Of a stretch of 32,229 bases of DNA, positions 1-8,398 are shown piece after piece. Origin of the DNA: a virus (lineage: Duplodnaviria > Heunggongvirae > Uroviricota > Caudoviricetes); IMG/VR virus record IMGVR_UViG_2529292920_000016; one strand, 5' to 3'. The notes beneath the pieces are model-generated. The model searched no databases. It was not told the origin of the DNA and saw only the letters and a program-made list of their open reading frames with translations. The translations under genes and the position numbers were made by a program. Position 1 is the stretch's first letter, and each line of letters begins with the position of its first letter.

Positions 1-1119
1 TCAAATAACCAACTTAACCCATTCCTGACCTCGAGTATCGTTATAGCGATCGGTGGTTGCCTGGACTTTATGTCCTAGTAATGTTTTTGTATCAATACCC
101 TGTGCACGGTACAGCCGTTCTGATAGAGAGCGTTGTTCATGAAATGTTGGCGGAGTTTTTCCTGCTGGTGGAATTATCCCAGCCAGATCCCGTGCTTTGG
201 CAAAGTAGTCGCTCAGGTTGTCTTTACTCATCGGCTTCGGTTGTTTCTGGTGCCGACTATGGATTAGATATGGACTTAATATTCTGTCTCGGCACCCATC
301 AATAACTTCTTTTAACGTTATCCCAATGGCATCACAGCGTAGTGTAAGCGGTAACGCCAGACGCATTCCGGTTTTTCCCTGGGTGATATGCAAGTGTTCG
401 TTCCACACATCTGAAAAACGCATGTGGCAAATGTCATCACGGCGCTGACCAGTAACAATCGCAAGAAGCATTGCGTTACGGATAAAGTGTTTTTCAGGCG
501 TTGCATTGTAAATTTTTTGCCAGTCTTCCATGGTGAGCCTGGCTCTGGTTACTTTAGGGATCGGTTTACGGGTAGCCTCCGGAGGATTCCATCCAGGAGG
601 AACTTCCCCTGCATGCTGTGCTTCTTTATAAATATCAACCCATAATCCACGATTTACTCTCGCTGTGCTGACCATGTCTTTATCCAGCCACTCATCCAGT
701 ATTAATGCAAAGTCTCTTACTTCCAGTTCTTTCAATGGGTGGTTTCCCAGACGGGAAACCAGGTATGCAGCCATTCGGGTTTTTTCTTTGTGAGTTGTAG
801 CTGCAATATCTCCATTTTTCAGTCGCGTGTCCTGTATTTTCAGATATCGATCAACCCATGCCTTTAATCTGATACCCCGACGTTTTGTTGCTGACGGACT
901 TTCATCAATTTTGCGCATGAAATATTCAGCTTCTGCTGCAGCTATTCGCTGATTGGCTGTGGAAGCGATTTTTTCTGCCTTACCTTTGTCTGTTCCGAGT
1001 CCGTGAAATTTTCCAGTCACAGGATTTTTATACTGGTAGTAAACTCTGCCAGTTCTGCGATCAAACTTTTCGTAAAGACCGGCTACGTCAGTGCTGTTTT
1101 TTCGTGGCCTCGGTGACAT
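1..1119 (-). CDS. int: Prophage integrase (tyrosine recombinase)
   Basis: 372-aa ORF with its stop at positions 1-3. AGGAG precedes ATG 1119. Catalytic signature present: TGQRRDD (Arg), FHEQRSL (H-x-x-R), LLGH...TDRY (His/Tyr). Adjacent to xis. Confidence 0.9.
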   Translation of the reverse strand: MSPRPRKNSTDVAGLYEKFDRRTGRVYYQYKNPVTGKFHGLGTDKGKAEKIASTANQRIAAAEAEYFMRKIDESPSATKRRGIRLKAWVDRYLKIQDTRLKNGDIAATTHKEKTRMAAYLVSRLGNHPLKELEVRDFALILDEWLDKDMVSTARVNRGLWVDIYKEAQHAGEVPPGWNPPEATRKPIPKVTRARLTMEDWQKIYNATPEKHFIRNAMLLAIVTGQRRDDICHMRFSDVWNEHLHITQGKTGMRLALPLTLRCDAIGITLKEVIDGCRDRILSPYLIHSRHQKQPKPMSKDNLSDYFAKARDLAGIIPPAGKTPPTFHEQRSLSERLYRAQGIDTKTLLGHKVQATTDRYNDTRGQEWVKLVI

Positions 1120-1357
1120 GAGTTAAAATCTCCTTCAGTGCATCATCATCGCCAGTATGAATTTCCGGCGCAATTCCCGTTTCACCAGGCCCAACAAATA
1201 CTGCTCGGCGATCTATCAGCCAACGCCCACGAATTTTTTGTGGTCTTGGAACGATGTATCCTAGTTTTCCGTATTTCACCAGGGTAGTGTTTGTTATTGG
1301 GAGACTGAACCGTTTTGGTTTCCACTCGTCGAGCGTTATCAGGTACTGTTCGCTCAT
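1088..1357 (-). CDS. xis: Excisionase
   Basis: Small ORF overlapping the int start by 32 nt. GGAG lies 8 nt before ATG 1357; GTG 1366 is an alternative start. Basic protein in the lambda Xis position. Confidence 0.75.
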   Translation of the reverse strand: MSEQYLITLDEWKPKRFSLPITNTTLVKYGKLGYIVPRPQKIRGRWLIDRRAVFVGPGETGIAPEIHTGDDDALKEILTHVTEATKKQH

Positions 1358-1418
1358 GGCTATCACTCCGGAACGCGCCAGTTGCAGAATATCAACGACA
1401 ACTGGCGACGGTTGAACA

Positions 1419-3890
1419 TTAAAAATCAGCCTGATTCGGGATCAGTTTTTGCCAGATAGCTGAAACGTATTTTGCCTGGTGACGAGCGTCATCAAGTGCA
1501 TTATGGCGCTCACCTTCGAATGGAATAGCCGTTCTGGCATCGAAGTCTATGGCTTTCCCCAGCTCAACGATTGTGCGTACATCGCGATCGTTGTAGTAAC
1601 GCCACGGGCAGGGGATCCCCTGCCGTTCGTATGAACGGCGCAAAATCGTGTTGTCGAAGTTGGCTCCATTTCCCCAAACCTGAACAAAAAATTCACCGGA
1701 GTTTTCGTCGATAAATTCCCGCAATTGTAACAGTGCATCATCTAACGGGATTTCATCGGTCATAATGGCAGATTGCGCTTCGCGTGATTGCTTAAGCCAC
1801 CATTTAATGGTGTCCCGATCAATGACTCCGCCAGCAGTTTCCAGATCGATAGTCTTACTAAATTCCGGTCCCATATCTCCGGTTTGCGGATCGAAAAATA
1901 TTGCACCTATTGAGATGATCGGGGCATCAGGATTTTTTCCCATGGTTTCAAGGTCGATCATTAGATGGTCACACGTCCTGCTGGTGGATGTGATTTCGTG
2001 ATGACCGTTCACCTTAATTGAGTGATCTGCCGTCTCGCCAGTCTCATTATCGCTATTGTGATGCTGATTGCCGCCAGTGTTCTCCTTGTGTGGATGCTCA
2101 GCGCCTTCCATTTCCTCCGGATCATCTTCCTGAACTTCAACCTGATACTCTTCATCGAATGTTTCCTGGTATGTTGCGTCGCCCATCACCGCACCACAAT
2201 CAGGGCAGTTGCCGCCGCCGGTCTGACCGCAGGCGGTGCAGACTTTTTCCACTTCCTGTTGCACTACTGGTTCAGGTAGTTTCGTTTCTGGCTCGTTTTG
2301 TTGCGTATTTGGGCTGTTTTGTTCCGCTTTCTGGTCGTTCTGTTCCGTTTCTTGCTGGTTCTGGTTCACAGAATCGCGGGTTTCAATCCCCTTCACCCAT
2401 TTCGGATCATTCGGATCGCTAACCCCTGCAACAAATTCACCACGTGATACTGCAAGCAGTTCATCGGCGTCAGGCTGGCTGATATTGGCTGCCTGCATAA
2501 TTTTGTTTACTTCGTCAGCGGTAACTTTTACCGGCCCTGGTTGTGCGGTCGTGTCAGATGCACCAGTATTTTGTTGTGAACCTGAGTATGTACCGTTTTT
2601 GCGGGCGAAATATTCTTCTTTCGTGATTTCAGTAGCCCCTGTAGCCAGTGCCTTATCCAGACCAGAAAGTTTGTTTGCGCGACCGTATTTTTCGCTATCC
2701 TTGTCGGTGAAGAGGAAGTAGAACGGCCCTTCACGCTCTACAGATGGTTCGACTTCCACTTTGCATTCGGTTTTTTCGTTGTCTGGAATTGCCGTTTCCA
2801 CTGCATCAGTTTCTGGTACTGGCGACGAGAGAGTATCAGTTGCGCTCTGATTTCTTCCTTCATCTTCAAACACGCCCTTTGTAGTCAGGTATTCAGTAAT
2901 GTATTTGTTCAGTGCCACAGGGTCTTTGTGAATGTCGATCGGACGTTCACGGACAAGGCCAAAAATAGTCTGGCGGTCGTAGCGAAGGGCATCAGGCTGT
3001 TTGCGCATTGATGCCGAGATACGCTTCCAGTCTTCGCGGTCGTTGTCGATAACTTCTTTTTTTGCCCAGCGATGGATGCTGCCGTCAATGTTTCCGGCAT
3101 CCACATCACCAGGCCAGAGAGCGTAGGCCAGTTCGTCATCCAGTGTTTTCCATGTCTGCTTGTATTCGCGATGAGTGGCAGCAATGACCGGGCTGATTTT
3201 TCCTGTTGAATTTTCAGTGTTCTGTTGATTGGCTCTGGCGCGGGCGAGATCAACAACAGACGTGTATTTTCCGGTTTCCTTGCGTTCACCTTCGCGACGT
3301 TTTTTCCAGATGCGCATCTCTGCCTGAATTTCGGGCCATTTGGCACCAGGCTTACATTTATGCTTAACCCACCCGATGGCATGCAGCTTAAGCTCCGGAT
3401 ACATGGCGTTAACTTCTGGCATTTTCATCAACGCTTCAACGATATGTCCGTCGAATGTTGCCATGTCTTCCTGCAACAATTCCTGTGCGCTAATCACCAT
3501 ATCAACGGTGATGTTTTCACATGTGTCGAACTTAACCATGACAGCGTTCTGTACTTCAGGGGCCAGCTTGTCAAAAGTGACGTTCATCGGATCGGATTCA
3601 GTCTCAACCGGGACAAAAGAAGCAGAATCCTCATCCCAGCGGTTTTCCTGCATATATTCAGCATCCCATGAATCGAGGGCAGGGCGGGGTATGCCAGGTT
3701 TATCCTCGCAGACAATAAATTTATAAGCGCAGTCCTGAGCAGCCGGATAATGTTCCAGGAATTGCCAGTGAAATTTTGCTCGAGCACGGCGTTCGTCGCC
3801 AGCTTCAATGGCTGTGGCTACAGCCACAGCGCCTTCTTCCCTTGTTGCCAGTTCGTCAGGAATAGCGGCGCAAATAAAGACTTTACTCAT
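1419..3890 (-). CDS. ydfE: Large early-left protein with C-terminal DEDDh 3'-5' exonuclease domain (full-length YdfE-like)
   Basis: ATG 3890 has GAGG 9 nt upstream. C-terminal motifs: MIDLETMG, WGNGANFDN, HNALDDARH. Central CTACG...CPDCG zinc ribbon and a Q/N/E-rich linker. The N-terminal ~300 aa match my recollection of K-12 YdfE. Confidence 0.8.
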   Translation of the reverse strand: MSKVFICAAIPDELATREEGAVAVATAIEAGDERRARAKFHWQFLEHYPAAQDCAYKFIVCEDKPGIPRPALDSWDAEYMQENRWDEDSASFVPVETESDPMNVTFDKLAPEVQNAVMVKFDTCENITVDMVISAQELLQEDMATFDGHIVEALMKMPEVNAMYPELKLHAIGWVKHKCKPGAKWPEIQAEMRIWKKRREGERKETGKYTSVVDLARARANQQNTENSTGKISPVIAATHREYKQTWKTLDDELAYALWPGDVDAGNIDGSIHRWAKKEVIDNDREDWKRISASMRKQPDALRYDRQTIFGLVRERPIDIHKDPVALNKYITEYLTTKGVFEDEGRNQSATDTLSSPVPETDAVETAIPDNEKTECKVEVEPSVEREGPFYFLFTDKDSEKYGRANKLSGLDKALATGATEITKEEYFARKNGTYSGSQQNTGASDTTAQPGPVKVTADEVNKIMQAANISQPDADELLAVSRGEFVAGVSDPNDPKWVKGIETRDSVNQNQQETEQNDQKAEQNSPNTQQNEPETKLPEPVVQQEVEKVCTACGQTGGGNCPDCGAVMGDATYQETFDEEYQVEVQEDDPEEMEGAEHPHKENTGGNQHHNSDNETGETADHSIKVNGHHEITSTSRTCDHLMIDLETMGKNPDAPIISIGAIFFDPQTGDMGPEFSKTIDLETAGGVIDRDTIKWWLKQSREAQSAIMTDEIPLDDALLQLREFIDENSGEFFVQVWGNGANFDNTILRRSYERQGIPCPWRYYNDRDVRTIVELGKAIDFDARTAIPFEGERHNALDDARHQAKYVSAIWQKLIPNQADF

Positions 3891-3982
3891 TTGTTTTAAC
3901 CTCATGACAGATTTAAGGATGAACAAATCCCTGCCATTGCTGGCATATAAGAATGAAACCGGATATTTATTACGGAACTGTT

Positions 3983-4174
3983 TTAAAGACCTGCCGGGAT
4001 TTCGATATTATCCTGGTGAATAACTTTATCGACCGGGTAACAGTTACCGGGAATTTTCTGTTCGGTTGCTGCAGTCATACACTACTGCATTGTCCTGTGA
4101 ACACTGACTGCAATATCAACTGGCTCTCCGGAAACAAGAAAAACTGTCAGAACAAGCACAAATGCTGAATTCAT
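3983..4174 (-). pseudogene. ydfD: ydfD-like small lysis protein interrupted by an in-frame TAG
   Basis: ATG 4174 overlaps the dicB stop (ATGA). It reads MNSAFVLVLTVFLVSGEPVDIAVSVHRTMQ, then TAG (4082-4084), then CMTAATEQKIPGNCYPVDKVIHQDNIEIPAGL in the same frame. Together these are 63 codons, like K-12 YdfD as I recall it. Confidence 0.6.
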
Positions 4175-4359
4175 TGTGCACATCCTTTTGGCATCAGACG
4201 TAAACGAGCCAGCATTGAAACAATGCATATTTTATTTAATAGCTCCCGTTCTTGTTTTCTCTTGTTAATGGCATCTTCAGTAAATACTGGGTTACTGATA
4301 GTGACACCAATTTCAAAACAACCTTCAGACGTATTAACGTTTGGTAATAACGTTTTCAT
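4171..4359 (-). CDS. dicB: Cell-division inhibitor DicB
   Basis: 62-aa product MKTLLPNVNTSEGCFEIGVTISNPVFTEDAINKRKQERELLNKICIVSMLARLRLMPKGCAQ matches DicB as I remember it. It lies downstream of DicF, as in Qin. Confidence 0.85.
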   Translation of the reverse strand: MKTLLPNVNTSEGCFEIGVTISNPVFTEDAINKRKQERELLNKICIVSMLARLRLMPKGCAQ

Positions 4360-4533
4360 TATCGCGTCCTCAACAATGAATTTTGTGATGCAGTGCCTGG
4401 TGCCTCCAGGTGACGTTAACCAGTTAACAATTAACGCCGGATACAGAGAATCCACCCATAACACTGTTTTTGGTTTTAACTGTTCCGCGTGCGCTCAGCC
4501 GCATTCACCACATCACAAAATTCACTTTAAAAA

Positions 4534-4586
4534 GGGCGGCAGAGCAGTCACGGAGTAAAACTGATACCGCCAAACGTCACCAGAAA
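4534..4586 (-). ncRNA. dicF: DicF small RNA (ftsZ-targeting sRNA)
   Basis: The minus strand reads TTTCTGGTGACGTTTGGCGGTATCAGTTTTACTCCGTGACTGCTCTGCCGCCC followed by TTTTT (4529-4533). This is the 53-nt DicF sequence as I recall it, with its terminator. Confidence 0.85.
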
Positions 4587-4927
4587 ATTGATAACAGAGG
4601 GCGTTGCAGCGGGGTTGTCACTTAAGCGTATGGTCAACCTGACAACCCGGTGTCCTCAACGGGGGAAGGAATAACCCCGCCATACTTACCGCCGCGCCAT
4701 TTCGCGGATTGCCACAACCGGAAGCGCACGGTCGACGAAAATTTAACGACAGGCTATCTATGAACCAGCTACCTCGCCGTGCGCTTTCGCGTTATGGTCT
4801 GACTTTTCAGGGACATATCCTTTCAGTAAACTGTCAGTGCCGGATGCTCACCCGTGTCCGGCGCACGCACTCCACCTCATCCGTGGAGAACTCCTTAATT
4901 ACCAACCTTAGCTTCGTTGGTTAGCTA

Positions 4928-5146
4928 TTAACGCGGGTATGTAATCATTCTGGCAATGCTTAATGTCGCTGCTTTTTCCAGATTAGTGATATCCTGCTCC
5001 AGAGCGGACAGATTTTCAGCCTGCTTAGCCCTGGCTTCATTGGCCCATTTCAGATCCTGCGCTGCATTAATTTTCTGGCGCATCCACTCATAAAGTTCAT
5101 CATCGGTATAGTCTGGCGCGATGATGACGGGTTCTCGTTTCTGCAT
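4928..5146 (-). CDS. ydfC: YdfC-like small protein
   Basis: 72-aa ORF with GAGGA RBS before ATG 5146. Same order (ydfA-ydfB-ydfC-dicF-dicB) as the Qin dic operon. Confidence 0.75.
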   Translation of the reverse strand: MQKREPVIIAPDYTDDELYEWMRQKINAAQDLKWANEARAKQAENLSALEQDITNLEKAATLSIARMITYPR

Positions 5147-5175
5147 ACTGATTCCTCGCGGTGCTGTTTCGCTTA

Positions 5176-5304
5176 TCAGCCGTTAGATTTTGCCGAACTG
5201 GAAAGTGCCTGTTTAAATTCGCTGAAGCTGAGAGCTTCTTCGCCTTCGGCAAGACCTTCGAAGTATTCTTCGTAAGCCTTTTCCATGATTGTGTCGAAAT
5301 CCAT
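5176..5304 (-). CDS. ydfB: YdfB-like 42-aa protein
   Basis: Below the ORF-track length cutoff. ATG 5304 gives MDFDTIMEKAYEEYFEGLAEGEEALSFSEFKQALSSSAKSNG, with the stop at 5176-5178. It starts 1 nt after the ydfA stop. Confidence 0.65.
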   Translation of the reverse strand: MDFDTIMEKAYEEYFEGLAEGEEALSFSEFKQALSSSAKSNG

Positions 5305-5305
5305 A

Positions 5306-5461
5306 TCACCCACCTGAATTTCTTTCCAGCCAGCGACGCGCTCCAGATTCGGTTTTAAACGTTTTGCTTTTGGTATACGTCATCGCGGTGAACGTACCGT
5401 CCTGGTTGGGGAACACGCCACATACCAGAGATTCGCTGTTGCCAAGATCGATAGTATCCAT
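5306..5461 (-). CDS. ydfA: YdfA-like 51-aa protein, first gene of the leftward early operon
   Basis: Internal ATG 5461 with a GAGG RBS gives MDTIDLGNSESLVCGVFPNQDGTFTAMTYTKSKTFKTESGARRWLERNSGG. The longer track ORF start has no RBS. Confidence 0.7.
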   Translation of the reverse strand: MDTIDLGNSESLVCGVFPNQDGTFTAMTYTKSKTFKTESGARRWLERNSGG

Positions 5462-5554
5462 GTTGACCTCATTTCCCCTTAACGCCGGGGTAGCGGAACT
5501 GTTTGCTGAGAACACCGTGCGGTGTCTTGATGGATCGTAATTTAGTTTTCTCAT

Positions 5555-5652
5555 GAATATTGATCAAGTGCTTTTGATGATAAAACTCAATATTTAATGC
5601 AAAATAAAGCCAATACATTGAAATGTAAGGCTTTAAAATTTGTGAAGGGGGG
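5555..5652 (-). promoter_or_regulatory. Leftward early promoter/operator region (PL-equivalent)
   Basis: AT-rich gap between the repressor gene and ydfA. It holds TTGATGATAAAACTCAA (5574-5590) and the palindrome TTGATCAA (5560-5567). The 9-mer AAAACTCAA recurs at 6116-6124. Confidence 0.45.
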
Positions 5653-6060
5653 TTATTGATGTTTGTTACGTTTGCGAGCTTCTAGTAGCTCGGTGAATAG
5701 GCGATTAAAATTCTCAACGCGGGCACGGAGTTCGCTGATTTGTGCTTGCTGCTCTGATTTTGGAAGTGCGCGATACAATCGCAACATCTCCAACTCATCT
5801 TCCGATAAGTCTAAGGCGCTGTTGAGTGCAACTGGTGGATCTGGTGTTTTATCCTCGTCACCAAACAGTATCCAAGTTGGTGAACATTGCAATACCTCAG
5901 CCAGGCGATGCAAATTTTGCCCGCGCGGGGCTGTATGGTCGCTTTCCCATAGTGAAATTGATGAGCCAGATACGCCAGCAGCTTTGCTTAAATCGTTTTG
6001 ACTTAAACCAACCTGTTTGCGTCTTTCTCTAATTCGTTGACCTAAAGTTTTCTCGTTCAT
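5653..6060 (-). CDS. dicA: DicA/CI-like XRE-family repressor
   Basis: 135-aa ORF. N-terminal HTH (LSQNDLSKAAGVSGSSISLWE) and the LQCSPTWILFGDEDK block shared with DicA. Divergent from the cro-like gene. Confidence 0.8.
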   Translation of the reverse strand: MNEKTLGQRIRERRKQVGLSQNDLSKAAGVSGSSISLWESDHTAPRGQNLHRLAEVLQCSPTWILFGDEDKTPDPPVALNSALDLSEDELEMLRLYRALPKSEQQAQISELRARVENFNRLFTELLEARKRNKHQ

Positions 6061-6137
6061 ATTTAGATATCTTAATAACCCTTGACTTGAGATTCCTTGA
6101 GTGATTACTATTGAGAAAACTCAACTTTGGAGGGGTG
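6061..6137. promoter_or_regulatory. Divergent immunity promoter/operator region (PR/PRM-equivalent)
   Basis: TTGACT (6082-6087), an 18-nt spacer, then TACTAT (6106-6111) facing right. Palindrome TTGAG-AAAA-CTCAA at 6111-6124 overlaps the predicted start site. Extra TTGAG half-sites at 6087 and 6097. Confidence 0.5.
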
Positions 6138-6365
6138 ATGTTTAAATCAGACGTAATTAATTTTTATGGGACGAAAGCCAAAGTAGCGAAAGCTGCTGGT
6201 GTTGATCCATCTGCTGTTTCTCAATGGGGGGAACTGGTTCCTGAAGGTCGCGCGATGCGCCTGCAAGAGGCATCCGGCGGGGAACTTCAGTACGACCCCA
6301 AAGTTTATGACGAATATCGTAAGGCAAAGCGGGCGGGGCGGTTGAACAATGAAAATCACCCCTGA
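6138..6365 (+). CDS. dicC: DicC/Cro-like regulator
   Basis: GGAGG RBS before ATG 6138 gives a 76-aa product. The C-terminal block EGRAMRLQEASGGELQYDPKVYDEYRK matches DicC as recalled. Confidence 0.75.
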   Translation: MFKSDVINFYGTKAKVAKAAGVDPSAVSQWGELVPEGRAMRLQEASGGELQYDPKVYDEYRKAKRAGRLNNENHP

Positions 6366-6900
6366 ACAGGTTTGTGAGGCTCTGGATGCCTGGGTATGCC
6401 GACCAGGAATGACACAGGAGCAGGCGACGATATTAATCACGGAAGCATTCTGGGCTCTGAAAGAACGCCCGAACATCGATGTTCAACGCGTCACGTTTAA
6501 TGATGGCGAGGTTGATCAACGGGCGCTGTGCGTTAACCGGGTGAAGATATTCGAACGCTGGAAAGCTATCGACACCAGGGATAAGCGGAAAAAATTCACG
6601 GCGCTGATTCCGGCAATTATGGAGGCTATCCGAATTAGTGATTTCAGGCTGTATCGTGAGATCAGTGATGGAAAAAGCATTACGTACATGATCGCCGGAT
6701 TAAACAAAGAATATGGCGATGTGGTGGAGTCCGGGCTGCTTTTTGCGGATCCATCTGTTGTGGAACGTGAGACTGACGAGCTTATAGAAAAAGCTATTGC
6801 TTTCAAGCATGCGTATCGTCAGCAATATCAATATTACTTTGCAGATAAACAAATGTCTGCCAGGGGTTCGTATGAGTATCGATGCACTACGATGGGCTAA
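6349..6900 (+). CDS. YdaT-family protein (CII position)
   Basis: 183-aa ORF overlapping the cro-like stop. Position and helical character resemble Rac YdaT. Family call is from memory. Confidence 0.5.
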   Translation: MKITPEQVCEALDAWVCRPGMTQEQATILITEAFWALKERPNIDVQRVTFNDGEVDQRALCVNRVKIFERWKAIDTRDKRKKFTALIPAIMEAIRISDFRLYREISDGKSITYMIAGLNKEYGDVVESGLLFADPSVVERETDELIEKAIAFKHAYRQQYQYYFADKQMSARGSYEYRCTTMG

Positions 6901-7912
6901 AAAGGTGAAAACCGGCAGTTCATCCAGTAAGTCTGTATTGACCTGGCTTGCTGATATGTGCGGTGCCGATTTGTGTGCATACCCGTCTGTATCTGCACTG
7001 GCAGAAGTAACGGAACTGAACAAAAAGACTGTGCAGGACAGCTTACGACACCTGATGGAGATTGGGTTAATTGTTGATACCGGTGAGAGAAAAGGCAGAA
7101 CAAAGCAAATTGTGGTGTACCGACTTATCGGTGTAGAAGAAAGTGTTGCCGAGCCTGAATACACCCAAAAACGGGAGTCTTTAAAGGTGGGTAAAATCGG
7201 TGCTGTTAATAAAAACAGTACCGAAAATGGTTATGTTTCAGCACAAAACAGACCCAAAAACGGAACTCTTAGCTGCATGGAAAATAACCAAAGACACCCA
7301 AATTTTCCATCAAAGACACCCAAAAACGGATCACGGAACCCAAAGGAACCCAAAGAGCTAAACCCCACACATAACGCACGCGAGAGTGCTCCGACCAGTG
7401 AGCAGAAAGTTTTGTCGTTACAGGCTGCACCTCCTGTATTCCTGGATGGCCTGAGCGAACCCATCGAAAAATTTCCGATGACCGATAGCTGGTATTCGTC
7501 ACGGGATTTTCGACGACGGGCTGCGTTGTGGGGGATGGCTTTGCCGGAGACAGAATTCACACCTGCTGAACTTGCCGCCTTCCGGGACTACTGGGCTGCT
7601 GAGGGGAAAGTGTTTACGCAGATTCAGTGGGAGCAGAAATTCGCCCGTCACGTAAATCACGTCAGGGCGCAGGTTAAACCAGTCAGCAAGGGGGTAAACC
7701 ATGCAGCAGCACCAGGTGACACCGCATCACGGGCAGTTCAGGAAATTCGGGCAGCACGTGAGCAGTGGGAACGTGAAAACGGATTTATCAGCGACGGAAA
7801 CGGCCTGGAAGCTGTGGGAACTCATGGGGGAGGTTTATTCGAACCGCTGGACCCAGAAGAACGGGGCCGCACCTTCGAAGCTCTGGATTGCACAGATTGG
7901 TGCGATGACTGA
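6872..7912 (+). CDS. Replication initiator (O-like: N-terminal wHTH, C-terminal DnaT-like domain)
   Basis: ATG 6872 gives MSIDALRWAKKVKTGSSSSKSVLTWLADM..., a wHTH typical of phage replication proteins. DnaT-like block FPMTDSWYSS...FRDYWAAEGKVFTQIQWEQKF. Contains the iteron array. Confidence 0.75.
   Translation: MSIDALRWAKKVKTGSSSSKSVLTWLADMCGADLCAYPSVSALAEVTELNKKTVQDSLRHLMEIGLIVDTGERKGRTKQIVVYRLIGVEESVAEPEYTQKRESLKVGKIGAVNKNSTENGYVSAQNRPKNGTLSCMENNQRHPNFPSKTPKNGSRNPKEPKELNPTHNARESAPTSEQKVLSLQAAPPVFLDGLSEPIEKFPMTDSWYSSRDFRRRAALWGMALPETEFTPAELAAFRDYWAAEGKVFTQIQWEQKFARHVNHVRAQVKPVSKGVNHAAAPGDTASRAVQEIRAAREQWERENGFISDGNGLEAVGTHGGGLFEPLDPEERGRTFEALDCTDWCDD
7161..7357. repeat. Candidate ori iterons inside the initiator gene
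   Basis: The 12-mer ACCCAAAAACGG is exact at 7163-7174, 7252-7263 and 7318-7329. Related copies: AGACACCCAAATTTT at 7292-7306 and GGAACCCAAAGGAACCCAAAG at 7335-7355. An AT-rich stretch at 7177-7248 lies between copies 1 and 2. Confidence 0.65.
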
Positions 7913-8366
7913 GCAGAAAATCCGACAGGTCTGCCGCCAGTGCATGGACCGCTGCCGGGCGGGTGAAACATGGCCTCCGGACCTGGCTGAGTTTGTGGCG
8001 CTGATTTCTGAAAGCGGAGCCAATCCATTCGGTCTGACGGTGGATGCCGTGATGGAGGAGTACCGTCGCTGGCGCAACGAGTCCTGGCGATACGACGGGA
8101 GCGATAAATACCCGTGGTCTCAGCCTGTGCTGTATCACATTTGCCTCGAGATGCGTTCAAAGGGGATTGAGCGGCAGATGACCGAAGGGGAGTTAAAACG
8201 GCTTGCAGAACGGCAGCTGACGAAATGGGCAAAGCATGTTAGTAACGGCCTGAGTGTTCCGCCAGTCCGGCGACAACTGGCGGCACCCAAACGCCCGTCG
8301 GGGCCAACGCCAATTGAGTTGCTGAAACAGGAATATGAACGCCGGAAAGCGGCTGGGCTTGTCTGA
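7701..8366 (+). CDS. Replication protein P-like helicase loader
   Basis: ATG 7701 has AAGGGGG 6 nt upstream. Blocks ETWPPDLAEFVALI and YPWSQPVLYHICLEM align with lambda P as recalled. Overlaps the O-like gene by 212 nt in another frame. Confidence 0.7.
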   Translation: MQQHQVTPHHGQFRKFGQHVSSGNVKTDLSATETAWKLWELMGEVYSNRWTQKNGAAPSKLWIAQIGAMTEQKIRQVCRQCMDRCRAGETWPPDLAEFVALISESGANPFGLTVDAVMEEYRRWRNESWRYDGSDKYPWSQPVLYHICLEMRSKGIERQMTEGELKRLAERQLTKWAKHVSNGLSVPPVRRQLAAPKRPSGPTPIELLKQEYERRKAAGLV

Positions 8367-8398
8367 GTTGAGAAGTAATTTTTACCGGGAGGAAATTT

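Noticed and set aside
3953-4168. 71-aa plus-strand ORF between the exonuclease gene and dicB.
   Set aside because: It is the shadow of the minus-strand ydfD-like frame, which has the ATGA coupling to dicB and a recognisable product.
4709-4924. 71-aa plus-strand ORF between DicF and ydfC.
   Set aside because: It lies in the long untranslated DicF precursor region of a minus-strand operon, with no RBS and an unremarkable product.
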